64,000 nt of DNA, taken from positions 143 through 64,142 of the forward strand of contig JBAYLH010000006.1 of NCBI GenBank assembly GCA_041664165.1. Reading direction: 5' to 3'. Position 1 is the stretch's first letter. Every line of letters starts with the position of its first letter. This document shows positions 8,827-17,658 of this stretch, piece by piece. The DNA comes from Candidatus Buchananbacteria bacterium (GTDB lineage: Bacteria; Patescibacteriota; Patescibacteriia; Buchananbacterales; UBA6539). Both the position numbers and the translations under genes were made by a program. The notes under the pieces are model-generated. The model was not told where the DNA came from. It ran no database searches and saw only the letters and a list, made by a program, of their open reading frames with translations.

Positions 8827-10044
8827 GTGAAAATAATTTTATACGAAGACAATCAAGCCAGTAACTTATACCCGATTACCTTAACCCGGCCGAGTTTTGA
8901 TATTTTTTGCGGGGCGGCTAATTTAGTCCAAGTCATTAAAACAATTTTTTCCCAAGCCGGTGTTGGCTATCTGGTTCGCGATCATTTGAAAGAAATTGTT
9001 GCAAAAAAGTATCCGGCCAAAGAGGCGGATACTGGTTACGTTTTATATCTTAACGGCAGTTTAATCCCGAGTTTCACCTTAGCCAAAAAGTTGGCCGAGA
9101 CGATCAGATTTGACCAAGAATTAATTTTGAAAAATGGGGAAAAAATTATCGGGGCAATTGTCGCCGCTAATCAGCCAATTACTAATTATAACGAATTGGA
9201 AGCGTACTCAAAAAAGCTGGATTTAAAAATGATTCAAGTCCAATGGCCAAGTTTTAATTATTCCTGGGAAGTCATCGTTTATAATCAGCAAATTATTAAT
9301 GATAATTTGGATTATTTGAAAATTAATTTTAAAGAAATTAAGCCAAACGTCTTCGTCGGTGGCGGGGTCAAACTGGCCGATAACATTTCGTTTAACACCG
9401 ACAATGGCATAATTATCATCGATGAAAAGACCAAAATTTCGCCGTTTGTTTATTTAGCCGGTCCGCTTTATATCGGCTCTAACTGTCTAATTAAGGAATT
9501 CGCCGCGGTTAAAGACAAATGTTGCATTGGCCCGGTTTGCAAAATTGGCGGGGAAATAGAAGCGACGATTATTCAAGGCTATTCCAATAAGCAGCATTAT
9601 GGATTTTTAGGCCATAGTTATTTGGGCGAGTGGGTTAATATTGCCGCCGGGACTTCCAATTCCGACTTGAAAAATACCTATAGCTTGATTAAAATCGGGG
9701 GTGTTGAAACCGGCCAGCAGTTTTTGGGCACGGTCATCGGCGATTACAGCAAAACCGCCATTAATACCTCGATTTTTACCGGCCGGATCATTGGCGCCTG
9801 TAGCTTTGTTTATGGCACTATCACCCGCGATATTATTTCTTTTACCAACTATGCCGCTAATTTAGGCTGCGTTATTGAATTGGACTTCGACGTTGCCATT
9901 AAATCCCAAAAGGCAATGTTTGGCCGGCGCCAGATGGAACAAACGGCAGTAGAAATAAATTTATTAAAAAATATTTATGAGCTGACCGCCGCTGACCGGC
10001 TTGCTGCCAACGTTAAACCCGGCCGGTTGGAATTTAAAATTTAA
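8827..10044 (+). CDS. GlmU-related protein: degenerate nucleotidyltransferase domain plus left-handed beta-helix
   Basis: LYPITLTRP N-terminus; GGEIE...NKQHYGFLGHSYLGEWVNIAAGTSNSDLKN. Confidence 0.85.
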   Translation: MKIILYEDNQASNLYPITLTRPSFDIFCGAANLVQVIKTIFSQAGVGYLVRDHLKEIVAKKYPAKEADTGYVLYLNGSLIPSFTLAKKLAETIRFDQELILKNGEKIIGAIVAANQPITNYNELEAYSKKLDLKMIQVQWPSFNYSWEVIVYNQQIINDNLDYLKINFKEIKPNVFVGGGVKLADNISFNTDNGIIIIDEKTKISPFVYLAGPLYIGSNCLIKEFAAVKDKCCIGPVCKIGGEIEATIIQGYSNKQHYGFLGHSYLGEWVNIAAGTSNSDLKNTYSLIKIGGVETGQQFLGTVIGDYSKTAINTSIFTGRIIGACSFVYGTITRDIISFTNYAANLGCVIELDFDVAIKSQKAMFGRRQMEQTAVEINLLKNIYELTAADRLAANVKPGRLEFKI

Positions 10045-10047
10045 ATT

Positions 10048-10791
10048 ATGGGTAAAATCCAAATTATTATTTTGGCGGCCGGCCACGGCAAAAGAATGAA
10101 TAACGCGGAATTGCCGAAGGTTTTAGTTCCGTTCAAGGGCAAGCCTTTGATTAGCCGTTTGCTGCAAGCAATTAAAGCCTCCGGCGTTTGCGCCAAACCG
10201 GCAATTGTTGTCGGACAAAAAGCCGACATGATTAAAGCGGCTTTGGGTTCGGACTATACTTATATTTTTCAGGCCGAACAACTGGGTACCGGCCATGCGG
10301 TAATGTGCAGTAAAGATGAGCTAGCCGGCAAAGCGGAAAATATTATGGTTTTATACGGTGATCATCCGCTGGTTTCCGCCGAAACAATAAAAAAAATTGC
10401 CGCTGCTCATTTGGAAACGGGAGCAATATTGACGATGGCCACGGTAACAATTCCGGATTTTTCCGACTGGCGAGCTAATTTTTATGATTTCGGCCGGATT
10501 ATCCGCACCGACTCAGGCCGAGTTTGCGCGATTGTTGAAAAAAAAGATGCCGCTGAAAGCCAGAAAGAAATTAAAGAAGTTAATCCGAGCTATCTTTGTT
10601 TTCAAGCCGAATGGCTCTGGGAGAATTTAGCTAAGCTGAAAAATGACAATGCCCAAAAAGAATATTATTTAACCGATTTAATCGGCAGCGCTTGTCGGCA
10701 GAGCCAAGAAATTACGACCGTTGAAATCAGGCCGGAAGAAGCATTGGGCGTTAATACGGCCGAACAGCTTGAATTGATAAATAAAATTTAA
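10048..10791 (+). CDS. Stand-alone GlmU N-terminal (uridyltransferase) domain
   Basis: ILAAGHGKRM, PKVL, EQLGTGHAV, YGDHP, IVEKKDA, NAQKEYYLTD, GVNT; no beta-helix. Confidence 0.9.
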   Translation: MGKIQIIILAAGHGKRMNNAELPKVLVPFKGKPLISRLLQAIKASGVCAKPAIVVGQKADMIKAALGSDYTYIFQAEQLGTGHAVMCSKDELAGKAENIMVLYGDHPLVSAETIKKIAAAHLETGAILTMATVTIPDFSDWRANFYDFGRIIRTDSGRVCAIVEKKDAAESQKEIKEVNPSYLCFQAEWLWENLAKLKNDNAQKEYYLTDLIGSACRQSQEITTVEIRPEEALGVNTAEQLELINKI

Positions 10792-12045
10792 ATGAGGTTA
10801 ATCGCCGATTTGCACATCCATTCCAAGTATTCCCGGGCTTGCTCGAAGGATTTAGATTTGCCTCATATTAATCAATGGGCAAAAATTAAGGGGATTCAAA
10901 TTGTCGGGACTGGCGATTTTACTCATCCGGCCTGGCTAAAGCATCTTAAGGAAAACTTGGTTGAAAACCGACCTGGTTTTTTTAAATTTAAAGGCGATAC
11001 CGACTCCGTTTTATTCATGCTGACGACCGAGCTTAGCTGTATTTATTCTCAGGGTGATAAGTGTCGGCGGATTCATCTTTGTATTTTTGTTCCGGATTTT
11101 AAAACGATTGATAAAATTAATGAAGCCTTAACTAAGCGGGGAGTTAATTTAAAATCCGATGGCCGGCCGATTATGGGTCTTCACGCCGATGAATTGACCA
11201 AGATTATTTTAGACGCCAATCCTCAGTCATTAGTCATTCCGGCTCATGCCTGGACACCCTGGTTTTCGGTTTTTGGTTCTCATTCCGGCTTTGACACCTT
11301 GCAGGCTTGTTTCGGCGATCAAACTAAGTATATTTATTCAATTGAAACCGGTTTGTCATCTGACCCGCCGATGAACTGGCGAGTTTCGGCGTTGGATAAA
11401 ATTACTTTAATTTCCAATTCCGATGCTCATTCACCGGCGAATTTAGGCCGGGAAGCCAATGTTTTTGAAATCCCGGAAAATGAATTAAGCTATCAAGAAA
11501 TTTACCGCATCCTTAAAGAAAAAGACCAAAAACGATTTTTGTATACGATTGAATTTTTTCCCGAAGAAGGCAAATACCATTGGGATGGCCACCGCGATTG
11601 CCAAATCCAGTTTAAGCCCGGCCAAACTAAAAAAAATAAAGGCATTTGTCCGATTTGCAAAAAGCCGCTGACGATTGGCGTGGTTAATCGCGTCGAGCAG
11701 CTGGCCGACCGACCGGAAAATTTTAAACCTGACACGATCGGCTATAAAAGTTTAGTGCCGCTGCCGGAAATTATTGCCGATTTTTTGGGGCAGGGGAAAC
11801 TGACTAAAAAAGTTACGGCCATTTATCAGGATTTAATTGCCAAAGGGGGCAATGAATTTCGGATTTTACTTGATTTATCGATTCCGGAATTAGAAAAAAT
11901 TGCGCCGTTGGAAATTGCCTTAGGGATTAAAAATGTCCGGGAAGGCAAAATTGAAATTTCCGCCGGCTATGACGGAGTTTACGGCGTGGTAAAAGTTTTT
12001 AAAGGCGGAGAAATAAAAAAACTAGCCCAAAAAAGTTTATTTTAA
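10792..12045 (+). CDS. Endonuclease Q family PHP-domain protein
   Basis: ADLHIHSKYSRA, GTGDFTHP, PAHAWTPW, SNSDAHS, GKYH, CxxC zinc sites, GYDGVYG. Confidence 0.9.
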   Translation: MRLIADLHIHSKYSRACSKDLDLPHINQWAKIKGIQIVGTGDFTHPAWLKHLKENLVENRPGFFKFKGDTDSVLFMLTTELSCIYSQGDKCRRIHLCIFVPDFKTIDKINEALTKRGVNLKSDGRPIMGLHADELTKIILDANPQSLVIPAHAWTPWFSVFGSHSGFDTLQACFGDQTKYIYSIETGLSSDPPMNWRVSALDKITLISNSDAHSPANLGREANVFEIPENELSYQEIYRILKEKDQKRFLYTIEFFPEEGKYHWDGHRDCQIQFKPGQTKKNKGICPICKKPLTIGVVNRVEQLADRPENFKPDTIGYKSLVPLPEIIADFLGQGKLTKKVTAIYQDLIAKGGNEFRILLDLSIPELEKIAPLEIALGIKNVREGKIEISAGYDGVYGVVKVFKGGEIKKLAQKSLF

Positions 12046-12099
12046 TTTTGACGGTGTATATAGTGTAATCAAATTTTTCTACCATCGCCGAGCCAAACA

Positions 12100-12129
12100 A
12101 AAAATCCCGCAGTTATGCCGGATTTTTTG
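12100..12129. terminator. Bidirectional terminator
   Basis: AAAAATCCCGCA...TGCCGGATTTTTT between convergent genes. Confidence 0.6.
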
Positions 12130-12142
12130 TTTGAAATCTATT

Positions 12143-12241
12143 TTAACGCCCGCGCTTTTTGGCCGCTTTTTTCTTGGCGACTTTGCGTTTTGGCGCTTTT
12201 TTGGCGACTTTTTTCTTGGCCGCTTTCTTTTTGGTTGCCAT
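12143..12241 (-). CDS. 32-aa Lys/Ala-rich histone-H1-like small basic protein (not in the ORF track)
   Basis: MATKKKAAKKKVAKKAPKRKVAKKKAAKKRGR*; near-perfect SD AAAGGAGGTGA upstream; terminator downstream. Confidence 0.85.
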   Translation of the reverse strand: MATKKKAAKKKVAKKAPKRKVAKKKAAKKRGR

Positions 12242-12593
12242 GTTTGCTCACCTCCTTTCGTGAATTCGTTTGCAAAAATTTTTACTAAAAATATTGATAT
12301 TGTCATTATAGCACTTTTTTATTTTTTACACAATGATTTTTGGGGTAATTGTTGGTAACTCATTTAAAATTTTGAATATTTTGAATCTGATGCAGAAATT
12401 AAAACATAAAATAAAAAACAGCCCATCAGGTTGGGATGTTTTTTTGGTAGTAAATTTTATTTTAATCTCGCGCGGAGCCTTTTGGCGGTTTAGGAAGTTT
12501 AAAGATGAGTCTAAATATTTGAATTGGTTTTCGTATTGTCCCGAAAAATTGTGGTTCACCACGTTCGGGTTAGTTGGAACCAAGTTATTGACT

Positions 12594-13160
12594 TTACTCT
12601 AAAATTTCCAGAACCATATCACGCAACTTTTCAAACTTCACATAGCCAGCTTTTTTGTTAAAGTGTCCCGCATTCGGCACAAAGGAAAGCTCAACGCCGA
12701 GATTCTTTGCAAGCTCTTTGCCGTTTTCTAATCCAACATAGGGGTCATCATCAGACTGAAAAACTACAAAGTGTTTAGCTTTATTCTTAATTTTGTCCCA
12801 GTCAAAGGTAAAACCACTAAAACTGTTGTCTCGGTCATAGTTCGCGATAGGGCGAACTCCAACCGGAGTTCCTACGAAGAATGCAGCTTTAACTGGATGC
12901 GTTAATTTTTCCAATACACGCAAAGTGAAAATGCCACCCAAACTATGCCCGACTAAGAGAGTGTCTTCGTTGATATACTGCTCATAATTTTTAAGGACAT
13001 CAAACCACTCGGATATTTTTGCAGGAACTATGGGAGGCGAAGGAAACTGTGGGACAAATACTTTATGTCCTTTTTGTTCCAATTCCTGCTTCATCCAAGG
13101 AAACCAGTTTTCTTCTGGGTAGCCTTCTGTGCCGTGGAATATAAAAATGTTGTTTTTCAC
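12594..13160 (-). CDS. RBBP9/YdeN family serine hydrolase
   Basis: IFHG...NWFPW, GHSLG, SDDDPYV, AGHF. Confidence 0.92.
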   Translation of the reverse strand: MKNNIFIFHGTEGYPEENWFPWMKQELEQKGHKVFVPQFPSPPIVPAKISEWFDVLKNYEQYINEDTLLVGHSLGGIFTLRVLEKLTHPVKAAFFVGTPVGVRPIANYDRDNSFSGFTFDWDKIKNKAKHFVVFQSDDDPYVGLENGKELAKNLGVELSFVPNAGHFNKKAGYVKFEKLRDMVLEILE

Positions 13161-13186
13161 AGATATACGTAGATACGAGTGGATTT

Positions 13187-13269
13187 GGTGGACCCGAGCG
13201 GATTCCCCGCCAGAGCCTACCTATTGGCAGGTAGGGCGGGTCAGCCTTCGGCTGAGAACTCTCGACCCC
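13187..13269 (-). pseudogene. Duplicated tRNA-Ala 3' arm interrupted in the T-loop
   Basis: TGGTGGACCCGAGCGGATTC[insert]GAACTCTCGACCCC resembles 14425-14459. Confidence 0.75.
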
Positions 13270-13389
13270 GCACTAAAACCCGCGAAAGTTTTTTGCAAAG
13301 AGATTAACTTTAATTGGCGCAAAAGCCGCCTATGGCTGTTAAAAAATAATTATTTGTTTTAAATTATTGGTTTAGTGCGGGGCAAGCCT
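13265..13389. repeat. About 120-bp MITE-like element
   Basis: Terminal inverted repeats CCCCGCACTAAA/TTTAGTGCGGGG; homologous to 14942-15061. Confidence 0.65.
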
Positions 13390-13621
13390 CCATATTGTCC
13401 CGATAATTTTGGTGGTGTTATTTTAGCATTTGCTCGAACTTTTTTCAACCAAGAATGAATCGTCCCGCCACCGCCTCACAAAGCCTCGGCAAAAAACTCT
13501 TTAATCATTTTTGCCTTTATTAATAACTTTTAATCGCTAATTAAAGCTTAATATAGCTTTTAATCCCCCTTTTTTAAAAATTTATTGACTCTTTCTCATT
13601 GGTAGTGGTAAAATATCAGAT

Positions 13622-14116
13622 ATGATAGAAAAAAGGTTTTTTTCTCCAATTCAAGGCAAAACTATTGAGCAATTAGTCAAGGCTGAAAGAGAAGCCAAAA
13701 TAAAAAAAGCTGTGGATCGACGGGATAAGATTCAACGCCGACGAACCAAATGGACCAATGAGGCCTTAGCCATTAAAGCAGGCACGTTTTATGGAGTTAA
13801 AAAAGAAGAACTTCAACCGCCTGAAAAATCAAAGGGAGGAAGCTTGGCTGAAAGAGAAGCAACCATCAGCGCAGAACTTAGTGAGGAGGTAGAAACACCA
13901 GCAGTAACTTCAACCGCCAAACCTGAGGGCACCTCATCTCAACCTTCAACCACAGGCAAGACGGACACCATTATTTCGTATAGACCAGATCTAATAAGAT
14001 CTTCAAATACAATAAGCAAACATCCTTTTGCCCATGATCCAGCAGATGATGAAAAAAGAGGTTTTTTTAGTCGTACTTGGAGAAAAATAAAAGAATCTGT
14101 CAAAAGAGGCTGGTAA
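13622..14116 (+). CDS. Hypothetical protein (charged, low complexity, C-terminal amphipathic helix)
   Basis: 164-aa ORF with an upstream TTGACT/TAAAAT promoter; no recognisable motif. Confidence 0.6.
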   Translation: MIEKRFFSPIQGKTIEQLVKAEREAKIKKAVDRRDKIQRRRTKWTNEALAIKAGTFYGVKKEELQPPEKSKGGSLAEREATISAELSEEVETPAVTSTAKPEGTSSQPSTTGKTDTIISYRPDLIRSSNTISKHPFAHDPADDEKRGFFSRTWRKIKESVKRGW

Positions 14117-14127
14117 ATATAGTTTTT

Positions 14128-14270
14128 TGGTGGACCCGAGGAGACTCGCCCCGATGTCGACTGACCGCGGAATCGGGGTCATGATTTCTCCCAATGTTAA
14201 ATCGGGATGCCGACTAAACGTCGGCATTTATTTTTAAAATAATTTGTGCGTCGGGAAACCCTTGACCCCC
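14128..14270 (-). pseudogene. Duplicated tRNA-Ala 3' arm interrupted in the T-loop
   Basis: TGGTGGACCCGAGGAGACTCG[...GTCGGGA]AACCCTTGACCCC. Confidence 0.7.
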
Positions 14271-14290
14271 ACATTGTCCCGACAAACTTT

Positions 14291-14387
14291 TGGACCCGAG
14301 CGGATTCCCCGCCACCTCTCAGTAAACTCGAGGTGGTCTTGAGTTTTACCGAAAGGCCAGAGGCGGGTGCGCCTCTGGCGCAGAACT
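14291..14387 (-). pseudogene. Duplicated tRNA-Ala 3' end interrupted in the T-loop
   Basis: TGGACCCGAGCGGATTC[CCCGCC...GGCGCA]GAACT. Confidence 0.7.
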
Positions 14388-14424
14388 ATAGGTCTACGCA
14401 GCAGTCTATTGTCCCAAAAAATTA

Positions 14425-14501
14425 TGGTGGACTCGAGGAGATTCGAACTCCTGACCCCCTGCTTGCAAAGCAGGTGCTCTAGCCAGCTGAGCTACGAGCC
14501 C
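14425..14501 (-). tRNA. tRNA-Ala(TGC)
   Basis: Cloverleaf GGGCTCG/CGAGTCC with G3-U70, anticodon TGC, encoded CCA. Confidence 0.97.
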
Positions 14502-14538
14502 TAGATTTTTAATCGTTGTTTCACTCCGGGTTTATTTT

Positions 14539-14793
14539 TTAGCGTAAGGCTGGGAAAAAGAGTTTCATGATCCCTTTCAAAACAGATTCAATCAAATTAG
14601 TCATGATTAGAAAACCAATGATGCTGAGTAAAATCCCGATTAATTTGTAGGCTAGCCGGCTGCCGCCTTCGGTTCCCAAATATTTATCAGCTGAAGGAAT
14701 GGCTCCGAAATTTTCATAAAACCACGGAGCTTTAATGGTTACTAAAGCGCCAACAGCAGTAACGATTAAGCCGAGAATAATTCTGCCAATCAT
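14539..14793 (-). CDS. Small two-TM membrane protein
   Basis: Two hydrophobic helices around GAIPSADKYLGTEGGSRLAYK. Confidence 0.8.
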   Translation of the reverse strand: MIGRIILGLIVTAVGALVTIKAPWFYENFGAIPSADKYLGTEGGSRLAYKLIGILLSIIGFLIMTNLIESVLKGIMKLFFPALR

Positions 14794-14799
14794 ATAGTA

Positions 14800-14912
14800 A
14801 AATAAATTCTAAATTCTAATATCTAAATTTAAAATGTTCCAAACGGTTTGAGATTGATGATTTGGAAAATTGAAGTTTGTTTCGGATTTAGAATTCCAGG
14901 CTTCGGCTTTAA
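14800..14912. repeat. Heptamer-periodic imperfect inverted repeat
   Basis: TAAATTC TAAATTC TAATATC TAAATT ... TTTCGGA TTTAGAA. Confidence 0.6.
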
Positions 14913-14917
14913 GTTAT

Positions 14918-15061
14918 TGGTGGACGATGTAGGAATCGAATCCCACACCAAAACCCGCGGTGTAGTTAGTTATTTTTTGAGCTTTTTTGGTCGCGGAACC
15001 GGCCGTGCCTTGTTTTTATATAATTTTAGTTTTGATTATTGGTTTGGTACGGGACAGGCCT
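14918..15061 (-). pseudogene. tRNA 3' fragment with a MITE-like element inserted at the T-loop
   Basis: TGGTGGACGATGTAGGAATCGAA followed by CCCACACCAAAACCCGCG...TTTGGTACGGGACAGGCCT. Confidence 0.6.
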
Positions 15062-15114
15062 ATGATTTTTTTGGGCTTCGCCGGCCGGAGTCGGCTTTAT
15101 AGAAGTTAAATAAA

Positions 15115-15188
15115 TGGGTGGTGAGGGATTCGAACCCCCGACTTTCTGCATGTAAAGCAGACGCTCTAACCAACTGAGCTAACCACCC
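15115..15188 (-). tRNA. tRNA-Val(TAC)
   Basis: Cloverleaf GGGTGGT/ACCACCC, anticodon TAC, no encoded CCA. Confidence 0.96.
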
Positions 15189-15350
15189 TTACAACTTCGG
15201 CCGACGAAAGTCGGTGTAATGCTGCCTGCCGGCTAATCGTCCCTAGCATTGGCAGAGGAGATTGCATATCTAAATTTTATCAAATGCGGACGAGAGGATT
15301 TTCCGCCAAAGGCGGATGCGCCTCTGGCGCAGAACCTGCATCTACTAAAA

Positions 15351-15434
15351 TGCGGACGAGAGGATTTGAACCTCCAAGGCCTTGCGGCCACAGGCCCCTC
15401 AAGCCTGCGTGTATACCAGTTCCACCACGTCCGC
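15351..15434 (-). tRNA. tRNA-Leu(GAG)
   Basis: GCGGACG/CGTCCGC acceptor stem, long variable arm GGCC-GCAA-GGCC, anticodon GAG. Confidence 0.95.
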
Positions 15435-15659
15435 CTAAGGGTGTGTATATTTACCCCGCTTCAAGCCGGAAGAAAGACTTAAATTTAGCGGCCAAAAGCC
15501 GTAGGCGACTCCCGAGGTATAAATTTTGTTATTGGCAAAACTTTTTTGGGCTTGAGGCGGGGCCAGTTCCACCCTGCCTACCGCCCGTCTAACGGCAGTT
15601 AGGGCAGACAGGCACGTCCGCCTAGTTAGGGAGCGGAGTTTATAAAATCAGCCAAAAAA

Positions 15660-16049
15660 TTATTTTTGTTCGATCTTTTTTTCGCTCAGCCGCTTTTTAT
15701 AATTTCTCAGGTAATAAAGCTTAGCTTTCCGGGTATTGGCTTGTTTGACCGGTTCGATTTTGATGACGTTTGGTGAATGGAGAGGAAAGATTTTTTCCAC
15801 GCCGATACCGTCAGAAACTTTTCTGACCGTGATAGTTGAACCGGTTTCTTTGCCGTGTTTATGAGCGATAATCATGCCTTCAAAGACCTGAATTCTTTGT
15901 TTTTCGCCTTTTGGGCCGATTTCGGTGATTCTTTGGTGAACTTTGACCGTCATGCCCGATTTCAAAACCGGCAACGGCTGTTTTTCGATTTTCTTTTGGG
16001 AGAGCTTATCTTCATGCTCAGCTTTTTTTGACTTTTTTTCCTTAGCCAT
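15660..16049 (-). CDS. rplS: 50S ribosomal protein L19
   Basis: GMTVKVH, RIQVFEG, GIGVEKIFPLHSP, RKAKLYYLR. Confidence 0.97.
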   Translation of the reverse strand: MAKEKKSKKAEHEDKLSQKKIEKQPLPVLKSGMTVKVHQRITEIGPKGEKQRIQVFEGMIIAHKHGKETGSTITVRKVSDGIGVEKIFPLHSPNVIKIEPVKQANTRKAKLYYLRNYKKRLSEKKIEQK

Positions 16050-16120
16050 AGTTTTATCCGTTTAAATTTAAAAATTAATACTTATCAACTATAAACGAAA
16101 ATCATTAAAAAGTCAAGGCT

Positions 16121-16690
16121 TTAATTTTTAGCAATGATTTCAACGACTCGGTTGATTGTTTCTCTCAATTTACCTTCGTTATTATAGACGATGTAGTTGT
16201 ATTTTTTGGCCAAAGCCAATTCTTTTCTGGCGTTTTCTAGCCGCAAATTAATAATCGCCGCCGGCATTTTTCCTCGTTTTTTTAACCGCCGAGCCAAATC
16301 GGCGATCGTTTTGGTCCGTAAAAATATTAAAACGGTTTTTTCGGGAATTTTATTTTTAATTTGCAGCGCTCCTTGGACATCAATATTCATCAAAAGACTG
16401 TTTTTTTTCAATTTTTTTTCTACCACCTTTTTGTCAGTACCGTAAAGATTTTCATGAACCACAGCCCATTCTAAAAAATCGCCGTTAGTTATTTTTTTCC
16501 GAAATTCATTCTCCGAAATATGAATTACCATTTTATCCTCCTTTTTTCCCAGGCGCTGGGTTCGGGTGGTGTAAGTGACGGAGGTTTTCAAAAAAGTCAG
16601 CCGCTTCAAAACGCCTTTGGCAATGCTGGTTTTGCCAACTCCCGAAGGGCCGGAGATAATAAAAATTTTGTTACTTTTTTCTGCAGGCAT
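16121..16690 (-). CDS. gmk: Guanylate kinase
   Basis: SGPSGVGKT, TTR, FLEWAVVH.NLYGT, IDVQGA. Confidence 0.95.
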   Translation of the reverse strand: MPAEKSNKIFIISGPSGVGKTSIAKGVLKRLTFLKTSVTYTTRTQRLGKKEDKMVIHISENEFRKKITNGDFLEWAVVHENLYGTDKKVVEKKLKKNSLLMNIDVQGALQIKNKIPEKTVLIFLRTKTIADLARRLKKRGKMPAAIINLRLENARKELALAKKYNYIVYNNEGKLRETINRVVEIIAKN

Positions 16691-17654
16691 TTAAAAATTC
16701 AGTTAGTTGTTTAGGCAAAGGCGAGGAAAATTCCTGCCATTGATTGGTTAAATCATTAAAACCGATTTTAGCCGAATGCAAAAAAATCCGGCCGGGATCG
16801 ATAACTTTTATTTTTCGGCGCAGGAAATGAAAGAATTTTTTTCTGGGCTTGTAGATTTTGTCGCCTAAAATCGGATGGCCAATCGCGAAAAAATGCGCCC
16901 GAATCTGGTGAGTCCGGCCGGTTAAAATATTTACTTTCAGCAGGGTATAGTCTTTGACATATTCGGTTACTTCGTATTTGGTTTTGGCGGTTTTGTCCCG
17001 AGCCTTAACAATTCGCGTGCCTTGGCGCGGATGAGCGACAAATTGGCCTTCCTGGTTGCGGCCGATCGGCAAATTAATTTCACCTTGAAAATCCTCAATT
17101 TTGCCATAGACTAGCGCTACGTATTCTTTTTTAACCAGTCGGCTTTTAAACTGGTCTTTTAAGTGCCGATAAGCTTCGTTGGTTTTGGCAATCATCATGA
17201 CGCCGGAAACGTCGCGATCCAGCCGATGAATGATGCCACCGCGATAATTTTCGTCGCCAATTTTTTTTATTTCCGGATAGCGCTTAGCGACCCAGTCGAC
17301 CAAAGTATCTTTTTCGCCTTTTTCGGTTGGATGAACTAGCAGCCCGACGGGTTTGTCAACGACTAAAAAATCGTTATTTTCAAAAATTATTTTGGGCGGT
17401 AGGGGGGTAGGGAAGTAGGGAAGTAGGGTGGTAGATTGGTAGGGCGGTAGAGGGGTAGGAGGATTTTTGATTTCGACGGAAACAATGTCGCCATTTTTTA
17501 AGAAATGATGGACTTTGGTTGGTTTATCATTAATCAAGACTAGGCCGCCTTCGATTATTTTTTTCAGTTGCGACCTGGTTTGGTCATTTAGTTTTTTTAC
17601 TAAAAAGTGGTCGAGTCTTTGGCCGGTTTCTTCCGGTTGGATGACAAATTTCAT
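16671..17654 (-). CDS. RluA/RluD-family pseudouridine synthase
   Basis: S4 domain RLDHFL; HRLDRDVSG; TGRTHQIRAH; PILGD. Confidence 0.95.
   Translation of the reverse strand: MKFVIQPEETGQRLDHFLVKKLNDQTRSQLKKIIEGGLVLINDKPTKVHHFLKNGDIVSVEIKNPPTPLPPYQSTTLLPYFPTPLPPKIIFENNDFLVVDKPVGLLVHPTEKGEKDTLVDWVAKRYPEIKKIGDENYRGGIIHRLDRDVSGVMMIAKTNEAYRHLKDQFKSRLVKKEYVALVYGKIEDFQGEINLPIGRNQEGQFVAHPRQGTRIVKARDKTAKTKYEVTEYVKDYTLLKVNILTGRTHQIRAHFFAIGHPILGDKIYKPRKKFFHFLRRKIKVIDPGRIFLHSAKIGFNDLTNQWQEFSSPLPKQLTEFLNACRKK
17397..17460. repeat. Eight degenerate octamers (nnGTAGGG) inside the RluA CDS
   Basis: CGGTAGGG GGGTAGGG AAGTAGGG AAGTAGGG TGGTAGAT TGGTAGGG CGGTAGAG GGGTAGGA. Confidence 0.85.
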
Positions 17655-17658
17655 AGCT

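Noticed and set aside
12079-12602. ORF-track ORFs 12079-12306, 12131-12358, 12326-12583 and 12333-12602
   Set aside because: Shadows of the 32-aa gene or AT-rich intergenic DNA; only the end of 12333-12602 may be a recombinase relic
13129-15592. Short plus-strand ORFs over tRNAs and repeats (13129, 14246, 14848, 15249, 15284)
   Set aside because: Antisense readings of tRNAs, tRNA relics and palindromes
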